Below the pieces are notes generated by a model that ran no database searches, was not told where the DNA came from, and saw only the letters and a program-made list of their open reading frames with translations. Positions 49,457 to 59,363 of a DNA stretch of 64,000 nt are shown here, piece after piece (positions within the stretch are counted from its first letter, which is position 1; the number at the start of each line of letters is the position of its first letter). Source of the DNA: Clostridia bacterium (GTDB taxonomy: Bacteria > Bacillota > Clostridia > Christensenellales > CAG-314); the NCBI GenBank assembly GCA_028698585.1, contig JAQVWG010000006.1, positions 1,117 through 65,116 of the forward strand, read 5' to 3'. A program made the position numbers and the translations under genes.

Positions 49457-50032
49457 ATGCATTACGAGAACGAAACAATAGAACTTATATTTATGGACCT
49501 CGAAGACAGAATTGACAAGTCCATAGAACATATGAAGAATGAGTACTCTCTGCTCCGTGCAGGCAGAGCCAATCCTAAACTTATCGAGAAAATAACTGTA
49601 GACTACTATGGTGCGCCTACTCCCATTAACCAGATGGCCAATATTGCCAATCCTGAGGCTAGACTACTAGTCATATCTGTATGGGACAAGTCCATGTTGT
49701 CTAAGGTAGAGAAGGCAATACTTGCGTCTAACGTCGGTGTAACCCCACAGAATGACGGAGTAGTCATTCGTATGGTATTCCCAGAACTAAACCAAGAAAG
49801 GCGTCAAGAACTAGTCAAGACGGTGCGTAAACTGGGTGAAGAAGCCAAGGTATCTATACGTAACATCAGGAGAGATTGTTTAGAGAGTCTCAAAAAAGTC
49901 AAGAATGAAAAGACAATCAGTGAGGACAGTATATCCGTTTATGAGCAAGAGGTTGACAAGATTATTACCAAGCAAATTGAGGTAGTCGATAAACTGTCCA
50001 AGGAAAAAGAGACAGAGATACTGACTATCTAA
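49457..50032 (+). CDS. frr: Ribosome recycling factor
   Basis: LRAGRANPKLIEKITVDYYG motif. RBS GGAGA. Confidence 0.95.
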   Translation: MHYENETIELIFMDLEDRIDKSIEHMKNEYSLLRAGRANPKLIEKITVDYYGAPTPINQMANIANPEARLLVISVWDKSMLSKVEKAILASNVGVTPQNDGVVIRMVFPELNQERRQELVKTVRKLGEEAKVSIRNIRRDCLESLKKVKNEKTISEDSISVYEQEVDKIITKQIEVVDKLSKEKETEILTI

Positions 50033-50131
50033 ACTTAAGACTTATAACTGTGTAACTAGAGACTGACATTATCTGTGTGCCGTGTTGAGCAACCCTTTAC
50101 ACGGCATAACCTGTATTAGAGGGGATATAAT

Positions 50132-50797
50132 ATGTTACCTAACCACATAGGTATAATAATGGACGGCAATGGTAGATGGGCTACCATGAGGGGACTGCCT
50201 CGTAAGGAGGGACACGTTCAGGGAGTCAAGGTCGCACAGAGTATCGTAGATTATTGTGTCGAAGTCGGCATCAAGTACATTTCGTTGTTCGTGTTTTCCA
50301 CGGAGAACTGGAAAAGGCCTAAAGTGGAGGTAGACGGACTATTCTCCCTTGCTAATAGTTACCTCGATAGATTTGACAACCAAAGCCAATTAAGGCTGAT
50401 ATTTAGTGGTAGCCAAGAGGGTTTACCTAGAGCATTCGTGAGGAAATTGAATGCGCTGGTCAACAGCACTAAGGATAACACAGTATGTACTGTCAACCTG
50501 TGCATTAACTACGGGGGTAAAGCGCAGATAGCGACAATTGCGTCGAAGTTGGCCTCCTCTGGCAGACAGATAACTACTGATAGTCTTGATAACGAGTTTT
50601 TTGCCCAGTTGCCCGAGATAGATTTAGTTGTTAGAACGGGGGGACAACAAAGGTTATCCAATTTTATGTTATATCAATGCGCCTATGCAGAGTTAATATT
50701 TATGGACTGTCTATGGCCGGACTTCGATAGGAGAGCATTCGATAGTGTACTTACGATATATAATAACAGAGTGAGAAACTTTGGAGGAGTTAAATAA
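50132..50797 (+). CDS. uppS: Undecaprenyl diphosphate synthase
   Basis: HIGIIMDGNGRWA motif. Confidence 0.95.
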   Translation: MLPNHIGIIMDGNGRWATMRGLPRKEGHVQGVKVAQSIVDYCVEVGIKYISLFVFSTENWKRPKVEVDGLFSLANSYLDRFDNQSQLRLIFSGSQEGLPRAFVRKLNALVNSTKDNTVCTVNLCINYGGKAQIATIASKLASSGRQITTDSLDNEFFAQLPEIDLVVRTGGQQRLSNFMLYQCAYAELIFMDCLWPDFDRRAFDSVLTIYNNRVRNFGGVK

Positions 50798-51868
50798 ATG
50801 CCTAATCTACCAAATGATGAAGGTGGAGTTCGGTCAACCAACCATGATATCAATTCAGACAATGTTACAGACACCCAAATTGAACCGGACAGTAACCTTG
50901 CCGAAGTAAACCGTATACGGATAGCCAATCATCAACCACCCATAGAGATAGTATCCAAGAAACGCTTGATTATGACTGGTGTGATTGCACTTGTATTCGT
51001 AGGCATGATACTACTTGGAGAGTTTTTCACAAGAACGATAGTATCTATATTCTTATACGTCGTTATTGCCGTGTGCGTTGTCGAGACACGTAACGCTCTA
51101 GGCGAACGCATACCCAAGCAGTTCAGTTGGCTTGTGTGGATGTATGCATTATTATTCGGTGTTCCTTATTACTTCTTTGGCTATGTCGGAGTGGTGTTGT
51201 TTACTCTTATCATTTTCATAGTTGGATGTGCGGTAGCAGTTGTAACTAATCAGCCCGGCGGAGCATTACAGAACTTTACACTCATATTAGTCTATCCCGC
51301 ATTGCTGTTATCATCACTGCTGTTTATTAATCGCTCAGCAAGTTATGTACCGGTTGACCCTGCTACTATGCCCGGAGTAGACTACTCCATACTGGGCGAG
51401 ACATTACTACCATATAACACCATAGGACTAGGATTGGTGTTCTCTGTATCTAGTTTTTCGGATATGTTCGCACTGCTATTCGGTAAACTATTCGGCAAGC
51501 ATAAGTTAGCTCCGCTAGTATCCCCCAAGAAATCTATTGAAGGCGCATTGGGTGGCATACTGGGTGGTGTGATAGGTGCAGGTTTAGTTTACTTCCTGTT
51601 CGAAGTGTTGCCTATGATGGGCGTGCAATTGTTCAAGGCAGGTCTACCACTTGGTGACACCAAGATATTGCTCTACATAATTATAGGTATATTCGGCTCT
51701 GTATGTACGCAGATAGGTGACCTTACTGCCAGTCTAATTAAGCGCCAATGTGGTCGTAAGGATTTTAGTCGACTACTGGGCGAGCACGGTGGATTCATGG
51801 ACAGATTCGACGGTATCATGCTTAATGGTTGTTTCGTCGCTATAATGTGGGCATTCGTATTACTATGA
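50798..51868 (+). CDS. cdsA: Phosphatidate cytidylyltransferase with a ~55-aa N-terminal extension
   Basis: Signature SLIKRQCGRKDFSRLLGEHGGFMDRFDG. RBS GGAGGA 9 nt upstream. Confidence 0.9.
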   Translation: MPNLPNDEGGVRSTNHDINSDNVTDTQIEPDSNLAEVNRIRIANHQPPIEIVSKKRLIMTGVIALVFVGMILLGEFFTRTIVSIFLYVVIAVCVVETRNALGERIPKQFSWLVWMYALLFGVPYYFFGYVGVVLFTLIIFIVGCAVAVVTNQPGGALQNFTLILVYPALLLSSLLFINRSASYVPVDPATMPGVDYSILGETLLPYNTIGLGLVFSVSSFSDMFALLFGKLFGKHKLAPLVSPKKSIEGALGGILGGVIGAGLVYFLFEVLPMMGVQLFKAGLPLGDTKILLYIIIGIFGSVCTQIGDLTASLIKRQCGRKDFSRLLGEHGGFMDRFDGIMLNGCFVAIMWAFVLL

Positions 51869-52953
51869 AAAAACTGGCAATACTAGGCAGTACCGGCTCG
51901 CTGGGCAGACAGGCGCTTCAAGTTATAAGTGATAATACTGACTTATATTCCGTTGTGTCCTTAACAGCGCACCATAATGAACAATTACTTAATCAACAGG
52001 TAAGCACGTACAGACCACAGTGTTGGGGTTTATCTAGTACTGATAATAGATGTCTATTGACTGCTGTGCAACAAGATATTGATATGGCAGTAGTGCTGAC
52101 AGGTGGTATAGATAGTTTGCCCGCAATAATATACTGTATTGAGCACAATATAGATATAGCATTGGCCAACAAGGAAGCACTAGTGTGTGCTGGTCAACTG
52201 ATTATGTCCATGTTACAAACTAGCAGTAGCAGACTTATCCCCATAGATAGCGAGCACTCTGCTATCTGGCAATGTCTACAAGGTACTGATTGCGCTCCTT
52301 CTGCTATCACGTTGACTGCAAGCGGTGGAGCTTTTGTGGACTACAGTAAGCGGAAGTTATCTACTGTAACACCCCTTCAAGCGCAGACACACCCCAAGTG
52401 GTCTATGGGTGCAGACATAACACTTGATAGCAATACGATGTTCAATAAGACTCTAGAAGTGTTAGAGGCTAGATGGCTGTTTAATGTGCCTATTGACAGG
52501 ATTAACATAGTTGTGCATAGACAGAGTATAGTTCATTCTCTAGTTACGTTTAACGACGGTAGCACACTAGCTCAATTATCCTATCCCGATATGAGATTGC
52601 CCATCAAGTATGCGCTTGACTATCCAATTAGACTACTAGCTAATTTACCCCAACTAGATATGGCAACAGTTAGCAGATTAACATTCGAGAAGCCTAATAG
52701 TGGCAGATTTCCCTGTGTCAATCTATGCTACAATCCTATATATAACAACGGTTTAATGCCCACAGTACTGATAGGGGCTAACGAAATTGCGCGGACGCAT
52801 TTCAGGCAGTGCAGAATAGATTTTAACCATATTTATTGGCTGATTGACAAGGTCGCAACAGCTCTTTACGACAGATATAAGGGCACAGATGTTACGCTTG
52901 ATAGCATATATGAGGCATACAACTACTCCAAGCAGTATGCCATGCAATTATAG
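51865..52953 (+). CDS. dxr: 1-deoxy-D-xylulose 5-phosphate reductoisomerase
   Basis: MKKLAILGSTGSLG start (ATGA overlap with the cdsA stop). The ORF-track start at 51829 lies inside cdsA. Confidence 0.9.
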   Translation: MKKLAILGSTGSLGRQALQVISDNTDLYSVVSLTAHHNEQLLNQQVSTYRPQCWGLSSTDNRCLLTAVQQDIDMAVVLTGGIDSLPAIIYCIEHNIDIALANKEALVCAGQLIMSMLQTSSSRLIPIDSEHSAIWQCLQGTDCAPSAITLTASGGAFVDYSKRKLSTVTPLQAQTHPKWSMGADITLDSNTMFNKTLEVLEARWLFNVPIDRINIVVHRQSIVHSLVTFNDGSTLAQLSYPDMRLPIKYALDYPIRLLANLPQLDMATVSRLTFEKPNSGRFPCVNLCYNPIYNNGLMPTVLIGANEIARTHFRQCRIDFNHIYWLIDKVATALYDRYKGTDVTLDSIYEAYNYSKQYAMQL

Positions 52954-52962
52954 GAGAAACTA

Positions 52963-54129
52963 ATGCATTTATTATTATCTATGGCTACAGCGGGCGATGT
53001 TATGTTGAAAATACTCTACATTATCATTGCCTTTTTGATACTAATGTTCATGATAACCATACACGAACTGGGGCATTACTGTCTAGGTAAACTGTTGAAG
53101 TTCAAGATTAGAGAGTTCGCAATCGGTATGGGGCCCAAACTATTCTCGCGCACCAACAAGACCACTGGCGAGATATTCTCTATTCGTGCTATCCCTTTGG
53201 GTGGATTCTGCGCATTCGAAGGAGAGGATGAGGACGTCGAGAATCCAGATGCTTTCAATAATCAAAAACCGTGGAAACGACTAATAGTGCTGTTCGCAGG
53301 GGCTTTTTTCAATTTTGTGTCGGCATTACTAATTGGAATTATCCTATTTGGCACTTTCGGCGAGAATCTGCCCAACTATAACTATAGAGTCGTGCTGAAC
53401 GTGTTCGAGTATTCTGTCAACTATGAGCAGGATAACACGCTTGAGAGTGGAGATGTCATACTTAGTATCGATGGGCACTCATTGTTCGATGAGTTAGGCA
53501 AGCCGATTAGTGATGATGAGTTCGCTCAGATAACGGCTAGCGTAGGCGATATAAGCACTTTTGAAGTGTTCAGACCTAACGATGGCATAACAAGAATAAC
53601 TGACATTAATAACAGCGACCAAGGGCAAGTGGTGACCCTTAATAATGTTCGCAGGGCAACGTACACCACTGATATCGAGGGTGTTGATGAAGAATATACT
53701 GGGTGGGGTATCTCGCTAGGTTATTACACTTATCACCAAACATACGGATTCTTTGGCGCTATTGGTCGCTCATTCTCGGCTTGTGGAGAGACTGCCACGC
53801 TAGTACTCAAAACGTTAGGTGGACTGATTACTGGAGTTGTCGGACTGGATGAGGTCGGTGGACCGATTACCACCATCAGCATAGCCACTCAGGTAATAGA
53901 GATGGGGTTTGCAAGCGTGCTATACCTAATTGTTCTTATATCTGTCAACCTAGCCGTGTTTAACTTATTACCCGTACCGGCACTGGACGGTTGTCGAATG
54001 GTGTTCGTCATTATCGAATGGATAAGGGGTAAGCCAGTTAATCGCAAGATAGAGGGGTGGGTACACTTCATCGGCATTATGCTACTGCTTGCATTCGTGG
54101 TGCTGATAGATGTGCTTAAATGGTTCTAG
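52963..54129 (+). CDS. rseP: RIP metalloprotease RseP/RasP (M50 with a PDZ insert)
   Basis: HELGHY and FNLLPVPALDG motifs. RBS AGGAG 6 nt upstream. Confidence 0.9.
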   Translation: MHLLLSMATAGDVMLKILYIIIAFLILMFMITIHELGHYCLGKLLKFKIREFAIGMGPKLFSRTNKTTGEIFSIRAIPLGGFCAFEGEDEDVENPDAFNNQKPWKRLIVLFAGAFFNFVSALLIGIILFGTFGENLPNYNYRVVLNVFEYSVNYEQDNTLESGDVILSIDGHSLFDELGKPISDDEFAQITASVGDISTFEVFRPNDGITRITDINNSDQGQVVTLNNVRRATYTTDIEGVDEEYTGWGISLGYYTYHQTYGFFGAIGRSFSACGETATLVLKTLGGLITGVVGLDEVGGPITTISIATQVIEMGFASVLYLIVLISVNLAVFNLLPVPALDGCRMVFVIIEWIRGKPVNRKIEGWVHFIGIMLLLAFVVLIDVLKWF

Positions 54130-54202
54130 TATTATTATATACTATCACTGACATAGTAGTGTGCTACTACAGTACGAGACTTATACATTGACTAATGAGT
54201 AG

Positions 54203-54831
54203 GTAAATGGGCACATATTAAGTGTAATAACATAATTAGTGTTTATATATGCACAATTACGGTTGCCGATAGACAGAACGAAGTGTGCTCATAATACGAT
54301 TAAGAGTGCAGAACGAGTACTGTTAGCCTGTCACGCACTATCTTCGATAAAGGAGAACAATCAATATATACTCGGCTCTACAACCCATTTGACGGGCTCA
54401 GAAAGGCTCTGAGTAAGTAAATGGGCACATATTAAGTGTATTAACATAATTAGCGTTTGGATATGCACAATTACGGTTGCCGATAGACAGAACGAAGTGT
54501 GCTCATAATACGATTAAGAGTGCAGAACGAGTACTGTTAGCCTGTCACGCACTATCTTCGATAAAGGAGAACAATCAATATATACTCGGCTCTACAACCC
54601 ATTTGACGGGCTCAGAAAGGCTCTGAGTAAGTAAATGGGCACATATTAAGTGTATTAACATAATTAGCGTTTGGATATGCACAATTACGGTTGCCGATAG
54701 ACAGAATGAAGTGTCTTATAGTGCTATTTAGAGTGCAGAACGAGTACTGTTAGCCTGTCACGCACTATCTTCTATAAAGAAGGAACAATCAACATCTACT
54801 CGGCTCTACAACCCATTTGACGGGCTCAGAA
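54203..54831. repeat. Tandem repeat, 3 copies of about 214 bp
   Basis: GTAAATGGGCACATATTAAGTGTA recurs at 54203, 54417 and 54631. Copies 1 and 2 are nearly identical; copy 3 is more diverged. Confidence 0.95.
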
Positions 54832-54886
54832 CAGCGCCAGCGCTAATTATTATTGCTACTTGGTATAGAACACAACAATAATTGAT

Positions 54887-55969
54887 ATGAACATTAAGAG
54901 AAAAATAACTAAACAAGTTGTTATTAACGGACTGCCTATAGGTGGTGGACAACGGATAACTATTCAGTCCATGACCAACACTCACACTCAGGATGTAATT
55001 GCTACTCTACAACAGATTGAGCGATTACATCAAGTAGGCTGTGACATAGTTCGTGTTGCAATCTTTGATAAGGCAGACTGCGACAGTATGCGCGCTCTGG
55101 TATCTGCCAGCCCGTTACCATTAGTTGCAGATATCCATTATAATGCCAACTTTGCTATCTCATGCATAGAACAAGGTGTGTGTAAGATTAGAATTAACCC
55201 AGGCAATATGTCAACTACAATGTTAGACAGAGTAATTGATTGCGCTCTGATGCACGGCACTACTATTCGCATTGGAGTCAATAGCGGTTCAATAGACAGG
55301 CAACTGCTGACTAAGTACAACGGTGACAAGAGCGGTGCGCTGATTGATAGTTTAACTCGCTATTGCCACTATTTCGAGGATAGAGGACTAGACTCCATTG
55401 TCTTATCAGCCAAGAGTAGTAGCGTTGCTGACACCATTAAGATTAATGAGCTTATCTCTAAACAGTTAGATTATCCGTTACATATCGGTTTGACAGAAGC
55501 AGGTTTGCCACAAGTTGGCATAGTAAAAAATACTCTTGCCATATCTACGCTGTTGTCTAACGGTATTGGCGACACTATTCGAGTATCCTTAACTGATGAT
55601 CCTGTCAACGAGGTGCTGGTAGGCAAAAGCATTCTGCAACAGTTAGGATATACTAATGCTGTAGACTTCGTTTCCTGTCCTATGTGTGGTAGGTGTAGAA
55701 TAGATTTACAATCAGTGGCTAAACAGGTATATGACTATGTAAGTCGTCTAGATGTGCCCATTAAGGTAGCAGTAATGGGTTGCGAGGTGAATGGTCCTGG
55801 CGAATGCGCCGATGCTGATATAGGACTCGCAGGCGGAACACAAATCAGTTTTTTTAGAAAAGGTGTTATATACAAGAAGGTCGCAAAAGAGGAGGCAGTC
55901 AATCTCTTCATCCAAGAAATTGACCAACTAGTAGATGATATTAGAAGAAATCAATGCCATAACCAATAA
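54887..55969 (+). CDS. ispG: 4-hydroxy-3-methylbut-2-enyl diphosphate synthase
   Basis: ITIQSMTNT motif and C-terminal CPMCGRC...GCEVNGPGE cluster ligands. Confidence 0.95.
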   Translation: MNIKRKITKQVVINGLPIGGGQRITIQSMTNTHTQDVIATLQQIERLHQVGCDIVRVAIFDKADCDSMRALVSASPLPLVADIHYNANFAISCIEQGVCKIRINPGNMSTTMLDRVIDCALMHGTTIRIGVNSGSIDRQLLTKYNGDKSGALIDSLTRYCHYFEDRGLDSIVLSAKSSSVADTIKINELISKQLDYPLHIGLTEAGLPQVGIVKNTLAISTLLSNGIGDTIRVSLTDDPVNEVLVGKSILQQLGYTNAVDFVSCPMCGRCRIDLQSVAKQVYDYVSRLDVPIKVAVMGCEVNGPGECADADIGLAGGTQISFFRKGVIYKKVAKEEAVNLFIQEIDQLVDDIRRNQCHNQ

Positions 55970-57521
55970 ATACGTCAGCTTGCGTTTAAGGAGTACAGTA
56001 CTGGATAAACTTCGCAAGGAGATTGTTTATACCTTCTCTTCTCCGTATAGATTATCCAAGGAGCAACAGGGCGAACTGTTCCAACTAGTAACTCAACACA
56101 GCGACCATGACTATGGCGCGTGCATACTGTATCAATTAGACCTAGCAACAGAACAGGCAGTAGAGGAAGAATTGTATCGCTACATTGACGAGTGTTTACC
56201 CTCATTATCTCTGCGTGTTAAGGATAAGATTGAGATATGTGTTAAAGGTCAACCAGACAGTGCCGACCAGTCAATTACAGTTACATTCTGTGTTGATGAG
56301 CTGACAGCAAACATTCTGCAGAATGCTCAGTATATTGACCAGATTGCACATCATTTCGCTACCTATTCTTGTTATAAGTACGAGTTTACTATTAATACTT
56401 GTGCGAAAAAGCAGGATTTTGACCAGTTACTGCACAAGATAGAGAACTACCAGCAGTTACAAGTTAACAAGGAGATATCTAAACCCACACGCTATATGAA
56501 GGTGGATAAAGTAACGCAACTGATTGGCAAGGAGATTACTCTAACCAAGGCTAAGTTCATTCAAGACATCACCTCACCTATGCGTAAGGTTACCTTGTGC
56601 GGAGAAGTGTCTGCGCCCAGAGTCAAGGTGTCAGACAAGATTTCATCTACTATTTGCTTGTTTAACTTGATTGATACTACAGCACAGATACCTTGCGTGC
56701 TATTCGCTAAGGGGGACAGCGTCAAAAAGTTCGAGCGACTGGTATCAGGTGATGAGATAATAGTGAGTGGTATCGCCGAGATAGATTCATACAGTAAGAA
56801 CTTGCAGATTAAGGTTTTCGACATCAGTCGTTGTTCGGTGTTGCCACTAGATAAACAACCTGATTATACCAAGAAGGCGCCCACATCATATGCCTTAATT
56901 AGACCTAAACCGTTTACAATGGACAGGCAACTAGAGATGTACGAAAAAGAGCAGATATTCTTGAGTACTTTTCTGGCTGAGAATGACATAGTTGTTATGG
57001 ACATCATTACCACGGGTAATAAAGTCGTACAGGATAAGATAGTCAGTGTGGACGCTCTCAAGATTCGTAATGGCATAATTAAGGAAGTCTTTTCCACTTA
57101 CATTAATCCAGAATTGTCAGCAGACGCTCAAATAACACTTCCAGAGGGTATCAGCGCCAAATCTATCGCCAAGAGTCCGACAATACAAGAGGTAATGCCA
57201 GACTTGTACAAGTTCTGTGCAGACTGCTTACTAGTCGTAGAAGATTATGACCTTGTCATGAGTTTCCTGCGTTACTATGCTAATCCTTCCGGCTATTATT
57301 GGTCTAATCAGGCTGTCACATTCGAGGCGATAGCCAGAGGGCACTACAGCAACCAGAAGTATTCTGCAGAACGCCCTAGCAACTATTCCATAGATTCACT
57401 AGCAGATAAATTATCAATTAAGGTCAACACTACGCGCAGACTGAATAAAGTGGCAAAAATGGCACATATTTTTATTAAAATCGTCAGTATTGACGAAAAC
57501 TGCACAAAAGTGCTTGCATAA
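55935..57521 (+). CDS. PolC-like N-terminal / OB-fold / degenerate DnaQ-like exonuclease protein lacking the PHP and polymerase domains
   Basis: It lies at the syntenic polC position (after ispG, before rimP-nusA). It has an OB-like segment (RKVTLCGEV...ICLFNLIDTTAQIPCVLFAKG...VSGIAEIDSY) and an exonuclease-like segment (VVMDIITTGNKVVQDKIVSVDALKIRNG) with catalytic residues replaced. The start is uncertain (35-nt overlap with ispG). Confidence 0.6.
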   Translation: MILEEINAITNKYVSLRLRSTVLDKLRKEIVYTFSSPYRLSKEQQGELFQLVTQHSDHDYGACILYQLDLATEQAVEEELYRYIDECLPSLSLRVKDKIEICVKGQPDSADQSITVTFCVDELTANILQNAQYIDQIAHHFATYSCYKYEFTINTCAKKQDFDQLLHKIENYQQLQVNKEISKPTRYMKVDKVTQLIGKEITLTKAKFIQDITSPMRKVTLCGEVSAPRVKVSDKISSTICLFNLIDTTAQIPCVLFAKGDSVKKFERLVSGDEIIVSGIAEIDSYSKNLQIKVFDISRCSVLPLDKQPDYTKKAPTSYALIRPKPFTMDRQLEMYEKEQIFLSTFLAENDIVVMDIITTGNKVVQDKIVSVDALKIRNGIIKEVFSTYINPELSADAQITLPEGISAKSIAKSPTIQEVMPDLYKFCADCLLVVEDYDLVMSFLRYYANPSGYYWSNQAVTFEAIARGHYSNQKYSAERPSNYSIDSLADKLSIKVNTTRRLNKVAKMAHIFIKIVSIDENCTKVLA

Positions 57522-57542
57522 TTAAACCTGTCGTGATACAAT
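57514..57542 (+). promoter_or_regulatory. SigA promoter of the rimP-nusA-infB operon
   Basis: TTGCAT (57514-57519), 17-nt spacer, TACAAT (57537-57542), with TGA immediately upstream (extended -10). Confidence 0.6.
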
Positions 57543-57606
57543 CTCAATAGATATGTCTTGACTGAGAGTGGGTTGTCCCGCTCTCATGTTCTTGTAGGGG
57601 GTAAAT

Positions 57607-58074
57607 ATGAGCAAAATTGCAGATACTGCACGCACTGTTATTCAACCGATAGCGGACTCGCTGGGACTACACATTGTAGAGCTTGTCTACGTTAAGAAGA
57701 ATGATGGTATGCACCTCATTGTAACCATTGATAAACAAGGCGGAGTAAGTATCAATGATTGCGAGGCACTTCACCGTGCTATCGATTTACCACTTGATGA
57801 TATTAATCCAACCAATGACCAGCCATATATACTAGATGTGTCATCAACTGGCATTGATAGACCGCTGAGCACTGAATGGGATTATAATAAACACATGGGT
57901 AAACCAATCAGTGTTAGACTTTACACCCCAATAGAGGGTAAGAAGACATTCGAGGGTGTATTGACATCCTACGATGGCAACAATATTACCATTACGACAA
58001 TGGGTAAACAACCGCAGATTATGCAGTTCGAGATTAAGAAGACTGCACTTGTCTGTCCTGTCATCAAGTTCTAA
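57607..58074 (+). CDS. rimP: Ribosome maturation factor RimP
   Basis: Size, the LEVSSPGIDRPL-like motif (LDVSSTGIDRPL), and position before nusA. Confidence 0.9.
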   Translation: MSKIADTARTVIQPIADSLGLHIVELVYVKKNDGMHLIVTIDKQGGVSINDCEALHRAIDLPLDDINPTNDQPYILDVSSTGIDRPLSTEWDYNKHMGKPISVRLYTPIEGKKTFEGVLTSYDGNNITITTMGKQPQIMQFEIKKTALVCPVIKF

Positions 58075-58106
58075 TATCGATAAACTAACCGGAGGAAATA
58101 TATAAC

Positions 58107-59363
58107 ATGAAAAACAGAGACTTTTTTCTCGCACTAGAAGACTTGCAAAGAGAAAAAGGCATTGACCAAGATGTCTTTATGTCTGCGCTCGAGCAGGCAC
58201 TCACGTCTGCGTGCAAAAAAAGTTTTGGCGAGGCGCTCAACGTATCAGTTAGACTTAACGCTGAGCAATCATCTATAAGGATATTCTCGTACAAGACCGT
58301 TGTTGAAGAGGTCAATGACCCTGATAAAGAGATTTCGCTAGAAGACGCCCAAATTATCAAGAAGACGTACGAGTTGGGCGACCAAGTGATGAACGAGATA
58401 TTCCCTAAGGACTTCGGCAGAATTGCTGCTCAGACTGCCAAGAACACAATTATGAACTTACTGCAACAAGCAGAGAAGAATATTACCTACAATCAATTCA
58501 TCCAGAAGGAAAACGAGTTGCTAATAGGTATCGTGTCTAGGCTTAAGGAGGACGGAACAATCTTCGTCGAAATAGGCAAGAATCAAATGGAGGGCATATT
58601 GCTTCCATCAGACCAGATACCCAACGAGAAGTTCGCACCCGGCGATAGGATTAAAGTCTATGTTAAGAAGGTCAAGGAAGGCACCAAGGGTACACAAGTT
58701 ACACTATCTAGGGCAAGTTTCGGCCTAATCAAGAGAATGTTCGAGAATGAAGTGCCGGAGATAAGAGACGGTATCGTGGTCATCAAGGGCATTGTCAGAG
58801 AAGCAGGTTTTCGCACCAAGATAGCAGTCTATTCTAGTGACCCAGAGATAGACGCAGTGGGTGCGTGCGTAGGTAATAAGGGTACGCGTGTCAATGCCAT
58901 TGTCAACGAGATTGGTGGGGAAAAAATCGACATTATTCCATGGAGTGAAGACATACTGGACTTTCTCGCTCGCTCCATCTCGCCAGCAAAAGTGCTCATG
59001 GTACAAGCAGACGAGAACACTAAGGAGGCAAGAGTAATCGTACCTGATGATAAATTGTCTTTAGCTATCGGTAAAGAAGGACAGAATGCTCGCTTGGCCG
59101 CTCGCTTGACTGGGTGGAAAATAGACGTTAAGTCTTACAGTGCCGCACTGGCAAGTGGTCTGTTTGACGAGAACACTGCACAAGAGTTATCAGATAATCC
59201 AACTCCTACACAGAGTTTGGAATCGGGTGACTTTAGTCTAGATGATATCAGTAGACTAGTTGAGGATCGCAGAGAAGCACAGAAGAAGATAATACAGAAA
59301 CAGACCGAAGAGATTAATCAAGATGAGCAACAAGAACAGCCCACGACAAGGGACAATGATTAA
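58107..59363 (+). CDS. nusA: Transcription termination/antitermination factor NusA
   Basis: S1 and tandem KH regions (GACVGNKGTRVNAI, AIGKEGQNARLAARLTGWKIDV). RBS GGAGGA. Confidence 0.95.
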   Translation: MKNRDFFLALEDLQREKGIDQDVFMSALEQALTSACKKSFGEALNVSVRLNAEQSSIRIFSYKTVVEEVNDPDKEISLEDAQIIKKTYELGDQVMNEIFPKDFGRIAAQTAKNTIMNLLQQAEKNITYNQFIQKENELLIGIVSRLKEDGTIFVEIGKNQMEGILLPSDQIPNEKFAPGDRIKVYVKKVKEGTKGTQVTLSRASFGLIKRMFENEVPEIRDGIVVIKGIVREAGFRTKIAVYSSDPEIDAVGACVGNKGTRVNAIVNEIGGEKIDIIPWSEDILDFLARSISPAKVLMVQADENTKEARVIVPDDKLSLAIGKEGQNARLAARLTGWKIDVKSYSAALASGLFDENTAQELSDNPTPTQSLESGDFSLDDISRLVEDRREAQKKIIQKQTEEINQDEQQEQPTTRDND

